Made by a program: the position numbers and the translations under genes
Shown here: piece after piece, positions 1 through 10,462 of the stretch
How positions within the stretch are numbered: position 1 is the first letter of the stretch
Layout of the letters: each line of letters starts with the position of its first letter
The notes under the pieces: model-generated
Databases searched by the model: none
What the model saw: only the letters and a program-made list of their open reading frames with translations
What the model was told of the DNA's origin: nothing
Source: Nanobdellota archaeon
GTDB lineage: Archaea; Nanobdellota; Nanobdellia; Pacearchaeales; GW2011-AR1
Length of the DNA: 64,000 nt
Assembly (NCBI GenBank): GCA_030648155.1
Contig: JAUSIK010000016.1
Span: forward strand, 242,961-306,960
Direction of reading: 5' to 3'

Positions 1-4
1 AATT

Positions 5-1441
5 TTGAGAAAAAAATTAAAATATGAAAAGGATATCTTTTTTATTGGGCACCATTTATCTCATGCAGCGAGTTCTTTTTTGCCAAGCCCTTTTGAAAAA
101 GCGGCGATTTTAAGTATAGATGGTGTAGGTGAATGGACAACAACTGCTTACGGTATAGGTGAAAAAGAAAATATAAACCTCTTAAAAGAAATTAAATTTC
201 CAACTTCTATTGGATTGTTGTATTCAACAATTACAGCTTATTTAGGATTTAGTGTAAATAATTCTGAATATAAAGTAATGGGACTGGCACCATATGGAAA
301 TATGAATAAAAAAACCAACCCTTACTATGAAAAATTAATGGGAATAATAGATGTAAAAGAAGATGGGAGCTATCGATTTGACATGAGCTATTTTATTTAT
401 CATTATAAAAATAAAATGCCTTCAAAAAAACTATGTTCTCTACTTGGGGGAAATATAAGAAAACCTGAATCAGACCTAACTCAAAGACATAAGGATATAG
501 CTGCAGCATTACAGTTAGTAACGGAAGATATTATGACGGGTATGCTGAATAATATTCAAAAAACAACCAAATGTGACAATCTAGTTCTTTGCGGCGGTGT
601 TGCATTAAATAGTGTTTATAATGGCAAGATTTTAAGAAATACTAAATTTAAAAGAATTTGGATGCCCCCTGATCCTGGGGATGGAGGCACTAGTACGGGC
701 GCTGCATTATATGCATATAACACTCTTTTGGGCAATAAAAGAAATTATCAAATGAAGGATGCATATTTAGGATTGGAATTTTCAGATAATGAAATTAAAA
801 AATTTTTACAAGAAAGCAACATTAAACATCGCGAGTTTAAGAGTGAAAAAGAAAGAGTAATGACTGCAGCTAAGCTTATTTATGAAAATAATGTTTTAGG
901 ATGGTTTCAAGGAAAAATGGAGTGGGGGCCAAGAGCACTGGGTGCAAGAAGCATTTTATCAAATCCAACTAATAAAAATATGCAAGAGATTCTTAATCTG
1001 AAAGTTAAGCATAGAGAAAAATTTAGGCCATTTGCCCCTGTGGTGTGCATTGAAGATGCTGATGAATATTTCGAATGTGATAAGCCTATACCTGAACCTA
1101 CTGATTTTATGTTAATGGTATATCCTGTAAGAAAAAAATGGCAAAATAAAATACCCGCTGTAACCCATGTAGATGGAAGCGGAAGACTGCAAACCGTTAG
1201 AAAGTCTCAAAATGCCCCATACCATAATTTAATTAAAGAATTTGGAAAACTTTCGGGTATTCCCATATTAATTAACACGTCATTTAATATACGTGGGGAG
1301 CCAATAGTATGCACCCCTTATGATGCTTATAAGTGCATGATGGGTACAGGTATTGATTATTTAATTATGGGGAATTTTCTAATTAAAAGAGAAGATAATC
1401 CTCAAGACATGTGGGATAGTGAGAAATATGCAACTGACTAA
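5..1441 (+). CDS. Carbamoyltransferase (NodU/CmcH/SxtI family), 5'-truncated by window
   Basis: HHLSHAAS, DGVGEW, EYKVMGLAPYG, GGVALN, EWGPRALGARS, HVDGSGRLQTV, NTSFN motifs. Confidence 0.95.
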   Translation: MRKKLKYEKDIFFIGHHLSHAASSFLPSPFEKAAILSIDGVGEWTTTAYGIGEKENINLLKEIKFPTSIGLLYSTITAYLGFSVNNSEYKVMGLAPYGNMNKKTNPYYEKLMGIIDVKEDGSYRFDMSYFIYHYKNKMPSKKLCSLLGGNIRKPESDLTQRHKDIAAALQLVTEDIMTGMLNNIQKTTKCDNLVLCGGVALNSVYNGKILRNTKFKRIWMPPDPGDGGTSTGAALYAYNTLLGNKRNYQMKDAYLGLEFSDNEIKKFLQESNIKHREFKSEKERVMTAAKLIYENNVLGWFQGKMEWGPRALGARSILSNPTNKNMQEILNLKVKHREKFRPFAPVVCIEDADEYFECDKPIPEPTDFMLMVYPVRKKWQNKIPAVTHVDGSGRLQTVRKSQNAPYHNLIKEFGKLSGIPILINTSFNIRGEPIVCTPYDAYKCMMGTGIDYLIMGNFLIKREDNPQDMWDSEKYATD

Positions 1442-2483
1442 CAAGAATAAAAAATTGTTAATCAATTTAATTTTATTATTGATTGTATCGATTATTCTAT
1501 TTGTTATGCTTGAAATTCTATTTAGATTTATTTACGGGCCGGGGAGAATTCAAGATGAAAAGGGAAATACTCCTTATATTTCAGATAATTCATTAGGATT
1601 CAAACTTAAGCCAAATTATGTTGGGGGCTTTAAAGAAATTGACTTTGATACCCAATTTACCACAAATTCCCAAGGATTTAGAAGCGCTTATGATTTTAGC
1701 CAACAAGATAAAGACGTTATTTTTATGCTTGGAGATTCATTTACTGCAGGAAGCGGAGTTGAAATCAATGAATCCATTGCCTTTCAACTTGAAAAAATAT
1801 TTATGGGTGAGTTTAAAATTTATAATTTAGGAGTACCAGGGTACTCGCAAATGCAGCAAGTAAAACAATTAGAAAGCATGCTGCCATTATACTCGCCAGA
1901 TTTAATTATTTTAAATTTTTATTCTGGAAATGATGTAAGCGATAATTGTAATTACAGCCCAACAATTCAGCAAGAAGAAGGATTATATGGGAGAGCAAAA
2001 GTTATTTTTAAAAAAAGCCAGTTTATCACTGCATTGTATAGAAAAATTATTGTTCCTTTAAAATACCCTGCAAATCTAGATTACTATTTGGATCAGGAAA
2101 ATGTCCAAGAATGTTATAACATTACGAAAGATTATTTAAAAGAGATTAAAATGTTGGCTGATCTCTATGATTTAAAGCTAATTATGACTGTTATACCTAG
2201 AGAACAACAAACTGTTGAAAAGGGAAGAAAAAAGTTAATTGATTGGTATGATAATTTTGAAGAATATGATGAAAACAAGTTTGATTTAGATATTGTAAAA
2301 AGAAAAGTTTTAGATATGTGCCATGAATTAGAAATTGAATGTTTTGATTTAACACCAATTTTTATAGAGAAAGATGGTGAGGTTGATTTGTATGTAAATG
2401 ATGGCCATTGGAATGAAGAAGGCCATAAGCTTGCAGCACAATCAATAGCAAAGTATTTAAAAAACGAGAATTATTTAGACTGA
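1428..2483 (+). CDS. Membrane-anchored SGNH/GDSL hydrolase-family protein
   Basis: N-terminal TM helix; LGDSFTAG, NLGVPGY, GND and DGHWN blocks; start taken at ATG 1428. Confidence 0.85.
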   Translation: MQLTNKNKKLLINLILLLIVSIILFVMLEILFRFIYGPGRIQDEKGNTPYISDNSLGFKLKPNYVGGFKEIDFDTQFTTNSQGFRSAYDFSQQDKDVIFMLGDSFTAGSGVEINESIAFQLEKIFMGEFKIYNLGVPGYSQMQQVKQLESMLPLYSPDLIILNFYSGNDVSDNCNYSPTIQQEEGLYGRAKVIFKKSQFITALYRKIIVPLKYPANLDYYLDQENVQECYNITKDYLKEIKMLADLYDLKLIMTVIPREQQTVEKGRKKLIDWYDNFEEYDENKFDLDIVKRKVLDMCHELEIECFDLTPIFIEKDGEVDLYVNDGHWNEEGHKLAAQSIAKYLKNENYLD

Positions 2484-2484
2484 A

Positions 2485-2646
2485 ATGACTCAAAACACCT
2501 CAATATTATATGAATTTTGGAATTTTCTTAAGATTAGAAAGAAATGGTGGCTTTTGCCAATAATCATCTTGCTTCTTTTTGTGGGTATATTGATTATTGT
2601 TGGACAAAGCAGTTCCTTGGCACCATTTATTTATGCTTTGGGCTAG
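2485..2646 (+). CDS. Small membrane protein, DUF5989/SxtK-like (53 aa), absent from ORF track
   Basis: Hand translation MTQNTSILYEFWNFLKIRKKWWLLPIIILLLFVGILIIVGQSSSLAPFIYALG; RKKWWLLP...APFIY signature; next to a carbamoyltransferase. Confidence 0.85.
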   Translation: MTQNTSILYEFWNFLKIRKKWWLLPIIILLLFVGILIIVGQSSSLAPFIYALG

Positions 2647-2666
2647 GTAATTATAGGACTTTTGAA

Positions 2667-3905
2667 ATGGAGTTAGAGACGAATCATACTACGAAGAAAT
2701 TCAAAAACCTTTTCTATAAGGTTTTTTTAGTGTTATTTGTAATTGTATCAATTTTATTTTTTATTTTGGGGTTTACGCTTAATGAAGTATTCTTTACGAA
2801 ATATAGCCCGGACAATAAGCTAAAAGATTCCACCATTGATAAAATAAACACCCTGCAATATACTCTTTTTACTTTAGGGATCTTCTCCTTAATTTTAACG
2901 TGTATTTTCGTTCGTTTTAATTTTTACTTTAAACCCTTAATGAGAAAACATGAAAATCTCATTAAGAATTTTTTACTTTTAATATCTGTTGTTTTTATTT
3001 TTCTTTTTGCTATAGAGATTATATTAAAAATAAATTTTCAGGATACCACTTTTGGTGCGGGGGTTGGACCAAACTCTTTAAAATTTAATGTAGAGAATGT
3101 GCATTTGAATTTAGACGATATGAGGGATAGAGATTTTTCTATAGACAAACCTGATAAAACAATAAGAATAGCTGGTCTGGGAGACTCTTACACCTTTGCT
3201 AGCGGGATAAAAAATGTAAATAATAGTTATCTTAAAGTTTTAGAAAATGAATTGAACTCCCTTAACAACTCAAATAGATACGAAGTACTTAACTTTGGAA
3301 TTCCAGGCAAAGATACTGAAGATGAATTGGAGATATTAGAAGAAAAAGTCTTAAAATATGATCCGGATGTCATAATGATAGGGTATGTTTTAAATGATTT
3401 TAAAAATGTTGATCCTACATTAAAATTGCCAAAGAAGCATATTACAATTATACCATATTTTGGCTTTTGGCTAAGCAACTTATTTTATTCTTATACTATA
3501 TTTGAAATTAAAATGAATCGGGCTTTGGAAAATACTGGGTTAAAAATGTCTACAACAGAAATAACTTTTAAAGAATTCGAATCAGACATTAATAAGAATT
3601 ACAATAGGGAACTTTTTGAAAAGATCGCAAAAATAGCTAAAGAAAATGATATAAAAGTTGTATTAATTGTTTTTCCTGTGATATATGACTTTGAAAACTA
3701 TCCTTTTTTGGAAATTAATTCCTTTATAAAAAAGGTTGGGGAGGACAATGGTTTTTATACTATTGATATATTAGAAAGCTACAAAAAATACGAGGAATCT
3801 ACGCTTATAGTAAATAAATATGATTTACATCCTAATGAATTAGGCCATAAAATTGCAGGTGAGGCAATCTTAGAAATATTTATAAATAATAGTCTCATGC
3901 TTTAA
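2667..3905 (+). CDS. Second membrane-anchored SGNH/GDSL hydrolase-family protein
   Basis: Three TM helices, LGDSYTFA, NFGIPG, LND, DLHPNELGH; start moved to ATG 2667 because the upstream part overlaps the small gene. Confidence 0.85.
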   Translation: MELETNHTTKKFKNLFYKVFLVLFVIVSILFFILGFTLNEVFFTKYSPDNKLKDSTIDKINTLQYTLFTLGIFSLILTCIFVRFNFYFKPLMRKHENLIKNFLLLISVVFIFLFAIEIILKINFQDTTFGAGVGPNSLKFNVENVHLNLDDMRDRDFSIDKPDKTIRIAGLGDSYTFASGIKNVNNSYLKVLENELNSLNNSNRYEVLNFGIPGKDTEDELEILEEKVLKYDPDVIMIGYVLNDFKNVDPTLKLPKKHITIIPYFGFWLSNLFYSYTIFEIKMNRALENTGLKMSTTEITFKEFESDINKNYNRELFEKIAKIAKENDIKVVLIVFPVIYDFENYPFLEINSFIKKVGEDNGFYTIDILESYKKYEESTLIVNKYDLHPNELGHKIAGEAILEIFINNSLML

Positions 3906-3907
3906 TT

Positions 3908-4069
3908 ATGTCAAATAATCACTCTTTAATTTACGAAGCGTGGGATTTTCTTAAGATTAGAAAGAAATGGTGGCTTTTGCCAATAATCATATCTTTAATC
4001 TTAGCAGGATTTATTATTGTATTTGGGCAGAGCAGTGCGTTATCGCCAATTCTTTATGCTTTTGGGTAA
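3908..4069 (+). CDS. Second DUF5989/SxtK-like small membrane protein (53 aa), absent from ORF track
   Basis: Hand translation MSNNHSLIYEAWDFLKIRKKWWLLPIIISLILAGFIIVFGQSSALSPILYAFG; shares a 46-nt identical block with 2485..2646. Confidence 0.85.
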   Translation: MSNNHSLIYEAWDFLKIRKKWWLLPIIISLILAGFIIVFGQSSALSPILYAFG

Positions 4070-5523
4070 CTAATCTTTTCAAAAACAGATAATCGGTTAT
4101 ATTTCTTAATAAGCTTAAAGTTAGGCAAGTCCAGATTTTCTTCTAGGCTTATTGCATATTGGATGCTTTTATAATCTGTAATATCGTTCGAGTTTTTTCT
4201 AAGACCTACTTCAAACCAAAGTTCTGTTCTAAATCTAGAATCAGCATTAGACGAAATCCTTTTTTCAGCTATAGTTGTCTTGTTTTGCAAAAAGAGATTA
4301 TAATCTTCCAAACTTATAAATTCTTTAATTCTCTCTCCCCAATACATGTGGGCTAAAGCCTTATAGTCATCCCTTTTATTTCCAACAACAAAGATGCTAT
4401 TTGGGTAATCTTGGCTAATTTTATCTAAATCTCCTCTTATAATTTCAACCGTGAATGGCCTGGTGAAGTAAAGGTGATCCGAATAGGCTATAGCTTTTTC
4501 AAGTGTTCTTGCATTTGTTTCATATCTAAACTGAATAATAAATGGCAATATCACTAATAATGCCAATATAATCGAAAACATTATTTGCCTGTTAAATTTC
4601 TTTTCGTCCAGCTCTTTTGCCATTAGAATAAACATTATAGGGGCTATTACAATAAGCATCCTTATGTGGGGATTTAGCAATATAAACATTAAACAGAGTG
4701 TCAAGAATATCATTATTGTTTTGTGTTTTATTAAAATTTCTTTTTTGTATAAAGCAAAAAAGTAGATCGGTATAAATATCAGTATAATAATATATCCTCC
4801 TATGTTGAAAACTGAATAGATATCATCATACACTCCTCCAAAAAGAGCAAAAGAGATTAAGGCCAGAAAATTTTTCAAAATTCCATAAAATGCAAAATTA
4901 AAGAAAATTTGATCAATTATTAGCCTAGGCATAAGCCCTATAATTATAGATAGTGCAAACAACCAGGTTTGTTTAAATTTTCTATTGTAAAAGAAAGAGC
5001 AAAGAAAAATAAATGAAAAGTATAGTGCACTGTCCCATAATGATGAGGCCAGCCCGATTAAAATTCCGGAATATATTACATATTTATTTTTTTCTTCTTG
5101 TTCTAGCTTGTTTAAGAAAAAATAGGCCCATAAAAACAATAGGCTTACAATAGGCACTGGACTCAACCATGGAGACATATACCAAACCAAAGGGCTAAAA
5201 ATAATTAAAAGCAACGCCTTTCTATTTTTTCCACTAATATAATAAATACTTATTATTAATAAAACCAACCAAAATGCCGAGGCTAATTTTATTATAGCAA
5301 AACTTTCTGCAAGTTTTACATAGGGACTTAATAATAATCCATAAACTATTGAATGTGCTGCCCTATGTTTTGCATTATATTCTCCAGCAAAAAACTTTGC
5401 AGTATCTGAATAATCTTTCACATCGGTAGCATCTAGGATATCAGATGGAACAGTAAAAAACGCTATTAAAAATAATAATGAAGAAGTTATTAATATAATA
5501 TGTACGTTGTTCAAGTATCTCAT
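4054..5523 (-). CDS. Polytopic membrane protein, possible GT-C fold glycosyltransferase
   Basis: About 10 TM segments, acidic loop (DATDVKDY) after TM1, C-terminal soluble domain, glycan-cluster context. Confidence 0.5.
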   Translation of the reverse strand: MRYLNNVHIILITSSLLFLIAFFTVPSDILDATDVKDYSDTAKFFAGEYNAKHRAAHSIVYGLLLSPYVKLAESFAIIKLASAFWLVLLIISIYYISGKNRKALLLIIFSPLVWYMSPWLSPVPIVSLLFLWAYFFLNKLEQEEKNKYVIYSGILIGLASSLWDSALYFSFIFLCSFFYNRKFKQTWLFALSIIIGLMPRLIIDQIFFNFAFYGILKNFLALISFALFGGVYDDIYSVFNIGGYIIILIFIPIYFFALYKKEILIKHKTIMIFLTLCLMFILLNPHIRMLIVIAPIMFILMAKELDEKKFNRQIMFSIILALLVILPFIIQFRYETNARTLEKAIAYSDHLYFTRPFTVEIIRGDLDKISQDYPNSIFVVGNKRDDYKALAHMYWGERIKEFISLEDYNLFLQNKTTIAEKRISSNADSRFRTELWFEVGLRKNSNDITDYKSIQYAISLEENLDLPNFKLIKKYNRLSVFEKISYPKA

Positions 5524-5557
5524 TATAAAATGTTTGTTTGGAATTATTTAAATATAA

Positions 5558-6082
5558 TCACTTTAAATGGCTTATGAATTTCGTTTCTGAATCTCTTTTA
5601 GATAATATTGGATTTGTTACAGGCCATTTAATTGAAAAAAGAGGATCGTCCCATCTATATGAAAATTGATGCTGTGGTTCATAATTAGTTGACTGCTTGT
5701 AGTTGTAAATTGCGTCATCACTTAAGATTAAGAAAGCATTCCCGTGCTTTGGAGGAATTAGTATTTGCTGTCTTTTCTTGTCTGAAAGATAGAAACTTGT
5801 CCATTTCCCAAAATTATCTGAAGTTTTATCGCAGTTTATTACAACCTGATAGATCTCTCCTTTTAAGCAAGATATCAATTTCCATGTTTTCTCATCCCCG
5901 TGTATACCTCTCAAGACATTTTTTTTTGAAAATATTACACTATCTTGAAGGAAAGATAAATCTATTCCGAAATCTTTATATTTAGAAACATCATGTATTG
6001 ACAAGTATTCCCCTCTATGATCTTCAAACGATTCCAAATCAATTAATACAACTCCCTTTAGATTTGTTTCGGAAACTTTCAT
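5558..6082 (-). CDS. rmlC: dTDP-4-dehydrorhamnose 3,5-epimerase family
   Basis: FEDHRG, NVLRGIH, IPPKHGNAF, WDDP, PILSKRD. Confidence 0.9.
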   Translation of the reverse strand: MKVSETNLKGVVLIDLESFEDHRGEYLSIHDVSKYKDFGIDLSFLQDSVIFSKKNVLRGIHGDEKTWKLISCLKGEIYQVVINCDKTSDNFGKWTSFYLSDKKRQQILIPPKHGNAFLILSDDAIYNYKQSTNYEPQHQFSYRWDDPLFSIKWPVTNPILSKRDSETKFISHLK

Positions 6083-6192
6083 TATTTTAGATATATCTTG
6101 AGCATTTTAAAGATTTATGAAAGTATAATCTAAGAAAATTTAGACTAAATTACCGCATAAATGTTTTTAAATCTAATTTGCATGAAAGCCAG

Positions 6193-6816
6193 ATGGGCGA
6201 CCCTCATTTAAAAGAAGTATATGATGACATGAGCAGATATTTCGACGAAAAACGTACGAAAAAATACTTTTATTCGTTAGTAAAATACCTGAAAAAAATT
6301 ATTCCTCCAGGAAGCAATGTATTAGAAATAGGATCTGGAACTGGCGGATATTGCATCGCTTTAGCAAAACATGGATGCAAGTGCAAAGGTGTTGATTACA
6401 GTGAAAAAATGGTTGAGGTGGCCATAAAAAATAATAAAGCTGCTGGGACAGATTGCATTTTCAAAGTAGCAGATGTAGAAAAAGAAATACCTTTTAAGGA
6501 AAAATTTGATTTTATTATTTCCATGGATAGCTGGGAATTTTTTCCTAAACCTAAGGAGGTATTGAAAAATGTCAACGAAAAAATGAAACCTAGTGGATTA
6601 TTTTTAATTTTTACTCCCAGTATGCTCTTCGCCTTGCCAATAATTGCTGCTGAAAAACTAAAAATAAAAAAATTATCTCCTGCTTATACTTATTTTAATT
6701 CCTTTAAATATAGAGTTAGAAAGTTTGCTAGAGAGGGAAATTTTAGAATAACCCGATATGATTATATATTCAATAGAATGACTATCATTTACTATTTAAG
6801 GAAAAAAATAAAGTGA
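6193..6816 (+). CDS. Class I SAM-dependent methyltransferase
   Basis: VLEIGSGTG motif I, GVDYS, FDFI. Confidence 0.9.
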   Translation: MGDPHLKEVYDDMSRYFDEKRTKKYFYSLVKYLKKIIPPGSNVLEIGSGTGGYCIALAKHGCKCKGVDYSEKMVEVAIKNNKAAGTDCIFKVADVEKEIPFKEKFDFIISMDSWEFFPKPKEVLKNVNEKMKPSGLFLIFTPSMLFALPIIAAEKLKIKKLSPAYTYFNSFKYRVRKFAREGNFRITRYDYIFNRMTIIYYLRKKIK

Positions 6817-7898
6817 TAATACAAATTGAACCATGGATAGGCGACGAAGAATTGAATGAGATTACTGAAGTAATTAAATCTACATATTTGACGGAATCCA
6901 AAAAGACAGAACAGCTTGAAAGCAAATTCAAGGAGTTAACTGGGGCTGAAAATGCTATAGCCTACTCGAATGGATCTACTGCCCTATTTGGGGCTCTGAA
7001 AATATTGGGAATTGGACCAGGAGATGAAGTGATAGTTCCTGCTTTAACATATATTGCCAGCTCTAATTCTATAATATTAAGCGGTGCTAAGCCTATATTT
7101 GTAGACGTAGACAGAGATACTGCCCAAATAGATCCTAAAGAAATTGAAAAAAATATTACTCCAAGAACAAAAGCAATAATGCCTGTACATCTTTATGGCC
7201 AAAGCTGCGATATGGATTTTATTACTTTTATTGCTAATAAATACAAATTGAAAGTAATTGAGGATGCAGCGCAAGGTGTAGGTGTAAAATTTAAAGGTAA
7301 ACATGTTGGCCTTTTTGGAGATATTGGTGCTTTTTCATTTTATGGAAATAAGACTATAACAATGGGAGAAGGCGGTATGGTAATTACCGCTAACTCTGAA
7401 TTCAATAAAAAATTAAGGGCTTTTAAAAACCATGGTAGATATAAAAGAGGTACATTTCTTCATGAAGAGATCGGCTATAATTTTAGCATAACTGAAATGC
7501 AAGCCGCAATTGGAATAGCTCAATTAGGAAAGTTTGAAAAAATTAAAAAAAGGAAAGACGAAATTAGATTATTTTATGAAAAATATTTGGCAGATATTCA
7601 GGAGATAAAACTGACTTACATTGATCCAAGATGTTCTCCAGTACACTGGTTCACTAGCATTTTAGTACCTAATGTTCCTGCATTACAAGAACATCTTGCA
7701 AAAAATGAAATACAAACAAGAAGATTTTTTCCTGTTTTAAATATGCAGCCTTGTTATAAAGAAATTGAATTTCAGGGAGAGTATCCAAATGCAACTTATC
7801 TTTATGAACATGGGGTCTCATTGCCTTCTTCAGCTATTCTAAAGGATGAGCAGCTTGAAGAAGTAGTAAAGAGAATTCGGGAGTTTTATAAAAAATGA
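6813..7898 (+). CDS. DegT/DnrJ/EryC1/StrS sugar aminotransferase (perosamine synthase-like)
   Basis: GPGDEVIVP, PVHLYG, IEDAAQ, FSFYGNKTITMGEGG; gmd nearby. Confidence 0.92.
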   Translation: MIIQIEPWIGDEELNEITEVIKSTYLTESKKTEQLESKFKELTGAENAIAYSNGSTALFGALKILGIGPGDEVIVPALTYIASSNSIILSGAKPIFVDVDRDTAQIDPKEIEKNITPRTKAIMPVHLYGQSCDMDFITFIANKYKLKVIEDAAQGVGVKFKGKHVGLFGDIGAFSFYGNKTITMGEGGMVITANSEFNKKLRAFKNHGRYKRGTFLHEEIGYNFSITEMQAAIGIAQLGKFEKIKKRKDEIRLFYEKYLADIQEIKLTYIDPRCSPVHWFTSILVPNVPALQEHLAKNEIQTRRFFPVLNMQPCYKEIEFQGEYPNATYLYEHGVSLPSSAILKDEQLEEVVKRIREFYKK

Positions 7899-8599
7899 AG
7901 GCGTCAATTATATTAGCAACCTATAAAGAAAAAGATAATATTGGCAGACTAATAAAAACTATTTTAGAAGCTTGCAAAAAAGATAAACTAGATTGTGAGG
8001 TTATTGTTGTAGATGATAATTCGCCTGACGGAACGGCAGACGTTGTAAACAAAGAATATGGCAAGGATAAAAGAGTTAGATTAATAGTTAGAACAAATGA
8101 GAAAGGTCTTGGAACGGCTGTTGGGAAAGGAGTAAAAGAATCAACGGGGGATGTTTTAGTTTTAATGGATTCTGATTTTAGTCATGATCCAAACGATATT
8201 CCTAAAATGGTTAGACTAACTAAGGAATATGAGATAGTTAATGGGTCTAGACATATGAAAGGCGGTTATATTAAAACTACATGGTTTAGGAAACTGGCTA
8301 CTTTCTTATTGAGAGTTTACATGAGCTTAGTTTTACAGCTTAACATTACAGACTACACAAACGGCTATATTGTTATAAGAAAAAATGTTGTAAATAAACT
8401 TGAAATAGATAAAATATTCTACGGGTATGGAGATTATTATTTCAGATTATTTTATAATGCTGTTTACAAAACTGGTGCTAAAATAAAAGAAGTTCCGGTA
8501 TATTATAAATTCAGGGAAGCTGGAGAAAGCAAGACTAATTTTGTCAAGCATGGCTGGCAGTATGCTACTTCTGCCTTGAAGTTAAGATTTGGACGTTAA
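7895..8599 (+). CDS. GT2 glycosyltransferase (polyprenol-phosphate mannose synthase-like)
   Basis: VDDNSPDGT, MDSDFSHDP, GSR, RxAGESK. Confidence 0.9.
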   Translation: MKASIILATYKEKDNIGRLIKTILEACKKDKLDCEVIVVDDNSPDGTADVVNKEYGKDKRVRLIVRTNEKGLGTAVGKGVKESTGDVLVLMDSDFSHDPNDIPKMVRLTKEYEIVNGSRHMKGGYIKTTWFRKLATFLLRVYMSLVLQLNITDYTNGYIVIRKNVVNKLEIDKIFYGYGDYYFRLFYNAVYKTGAKIKEVPVYYKFREAGESKTNFVKHGWQYATSALKLRFGR

Positions 8600-9253
8600 C
8601 TCTATTATTTTTCTATATTCTAAAAGAGAATCTATTGCTAAATTGGGATTAAATTCTTGTAATTTGTCCCTTGAACTATAGCCTGTAGCAACTCCTACAG
8701 TTAATGCGTTAACAAGTTTTCCTGCTTTAATATCTGAAGGTGAATCCCCAATTACTATAAGATTATCAAAGGCGTAATCTTTATCTCTAGCTTGGCTAAG
8801 GGCATTCTTTAGAATATCAACTCTTTGCTCTGCATTGTCGCCATAACTCTTAATTAAGAAATAATCTGCTAAATTATTGGAATCTAATAATACCTCTCCA
8901 ACTCTTTTTAGGTTTCCAGTGATAACTCCTAGTTTATCTCTTGGCTTTAAATATTCTAAACATTCTCTTACTCCAGGAAGGAGTTGAACTGATTGGGGAT
9001 TTATAGTGTTGATTACTCCTTCTTCCCATATTTTAATTATTCTTTCTAAATCTGAATCTGTATAAGACAATCCTAATTCTTTACAAACACCTAGATGAAT
9101 TTCTTTTTCTGCTTGTCCGAACCGCTTATATAATGTTTCATCAGCAACTTTCTTATTAAATACCTCTAAATAAGCATTTTGATAAGCTGTAAGATGCGCT
9201 TTAGTAGCATTTACTAGTGTTGCATCAATATCGAATAGGTAAAGATTATTCAT
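8582..9253 (-). CDS. HAD-superfamily hydrolase
   Basis: FDIDATL motif I, ITGN, IGDSPSDIKAG. Confidence 0.9.
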   Translation of the reverse strand: MNNLYLFDIDATLVNATKAHLTAYQNAYLEVFNKKVADETLYKRFGQAEKEIHLGVCKELGLSYTDSDLERIIKIWEEGVINTINPQSVQLLPGVRECLEYLKPRDKLGVITGNLKRVGEVLLDSNNLADYFLIKSYGDNAEQRVDILKNALSQARDKDYAFDNLIVIGDSPSDIKAGKLVNALTVGVATGYSSRDKLQEFNPNLAIDSLLEYRKIIELTSKS

Positions 9254-9349
9254 TCTTTTAATCGTATATTATAGGTTATAAACTTTTATGTAGTTAAAAA
9301 TAGAGTAAAACTTAATAATCTTTATATACCGTCATCTCTGAAGCTGATA

Positions 9350-10396
9350 ATGAAAAGAGCGCTAATAACAGGGGTGACTGGACAAGACGGTGCATATTTG
9401 TCTAAATTTCTTTTAGATAAGGGATATAAAGTCTTTGGTATGTATAGAAGAACTGCAAACCCTAATTTTTGGAAACTTCAAACATTAAATTGTTTAGACA
9501 AAATACATTTAATTCCTGCTGATTTAAGTGATGCTTCATCCATATTGGAAGCTATAAGAATTTCAGAGCCTGATGAAATTTATAATTTAGCTGCACAAAG
9601 TTTTGTTGAGGCAAGTTTTGCCCAGCCATTATCAACCGCAGATATTACTGGGCTTGGGTTATTAAGAATATTAGAAAAAGTCAGGCAAATTAATCCAAAT
9701 ATTAAAGTTTATCAGGCATCCACCTCTGAACTTTATGGAGATGGGCAAAAAGGATTACTCAATGAAGATACGCCATTTGCGCCATCATCCCCTTACGCTT
9801 CTGCAAAATTATTTGCTTATCATACTGCTAAAAACTACAGAAGATCCTATGGTATTTTTGTCTGCAATGGAATTTTATTTAATCATGAATCGCCCCTTAG
9901 AAGTTTAGAATTTGTAACTAGAAAAATCACAAACTCTGTTGCAAAAATAAAATTAGGGTTAGAAAAAGAATTAAAATTAGGAAACTTGGAAGCAAAAAGA
10001 GACTGGGGATATGCTTTAGATTATATTGAATGCATGTGGCTGATGCTTCAACAAGATGAGCCGGATGATTATGTCATTGCAACTGGAGAGACCCATTCAG
10101 TAAAAGAATTTGCTCAAGAGGCATTTAATGTTTTAGGATTAAATTGGGAAGAATATGTAAAAGTGGACTCTAAATTTATTCGCCCAGAAGATGTAATGTA
10201 TCTTCAAGGAGATTATTCTAAAGCAAAAAATAAACTTGGATGGGAGCCAAAAGTAAAATTTAAAGAGCTTGTAAAAATGATGGTAGATGAAGATTATAAA
10301 AAATGGCAAGATTGCCTTGCAGGAAAACAGTTCCCTTGGGATGCTCCTTATTATGTATCTGACTTAAATATTATTTCTAGAACTAAGAGGGCTTAG
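9350..10396 (+). CDS. gmd: GDP-mannose 4,6-dehydratase
   Basis: ITGVTGQDGAYL, YNLAAQS, QASTSELYG, YASAK, FNHESP, RDWG. Confidence 0.97.
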   Translation: MKRALITGVTGQDGAYLSKFLLDKGYKVFGMYRRTANPNFWKLQTLNCLDKIHLIPADLSDASSILEAIRISEPDEIYNLAAQSFVEASFAQPLSTADITGLGLLRILEKVRQINPNIKVYQASTSELYGDGQKGLLNEDTPFAPSSPYASAKLFAYHTAKNYRRSYGIFVCNGILFNHESPLRSLEFVTRKITNSVAKIKLGLEKELKLGNLEAKRDWGYALDYIECMWLMLQQDEPDDYVIATGETHSVKEFAQEAFNVLGLNWEEYVKVDSKFIRPEDVMYLQGDYSKAKNKLGWEPKVKFKELVKMMVDEDYKKWQDCLAGKQFPWDAPYYVSDLNIISRTKRA

Positions 10397-10462
10397 ATTT
10401 TACTACTTTTTTATACGATTGCTTCTAAAAAGATTTAAATAAGGAAAATTGATGAATATTAT

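Noticed and set aside
2544..2666. N-terminal extension of the 453-aa ORF
   Set aside because: Overlaps the conserved SxtK-like gene in another frame; ATG 2667 is the more plausible start
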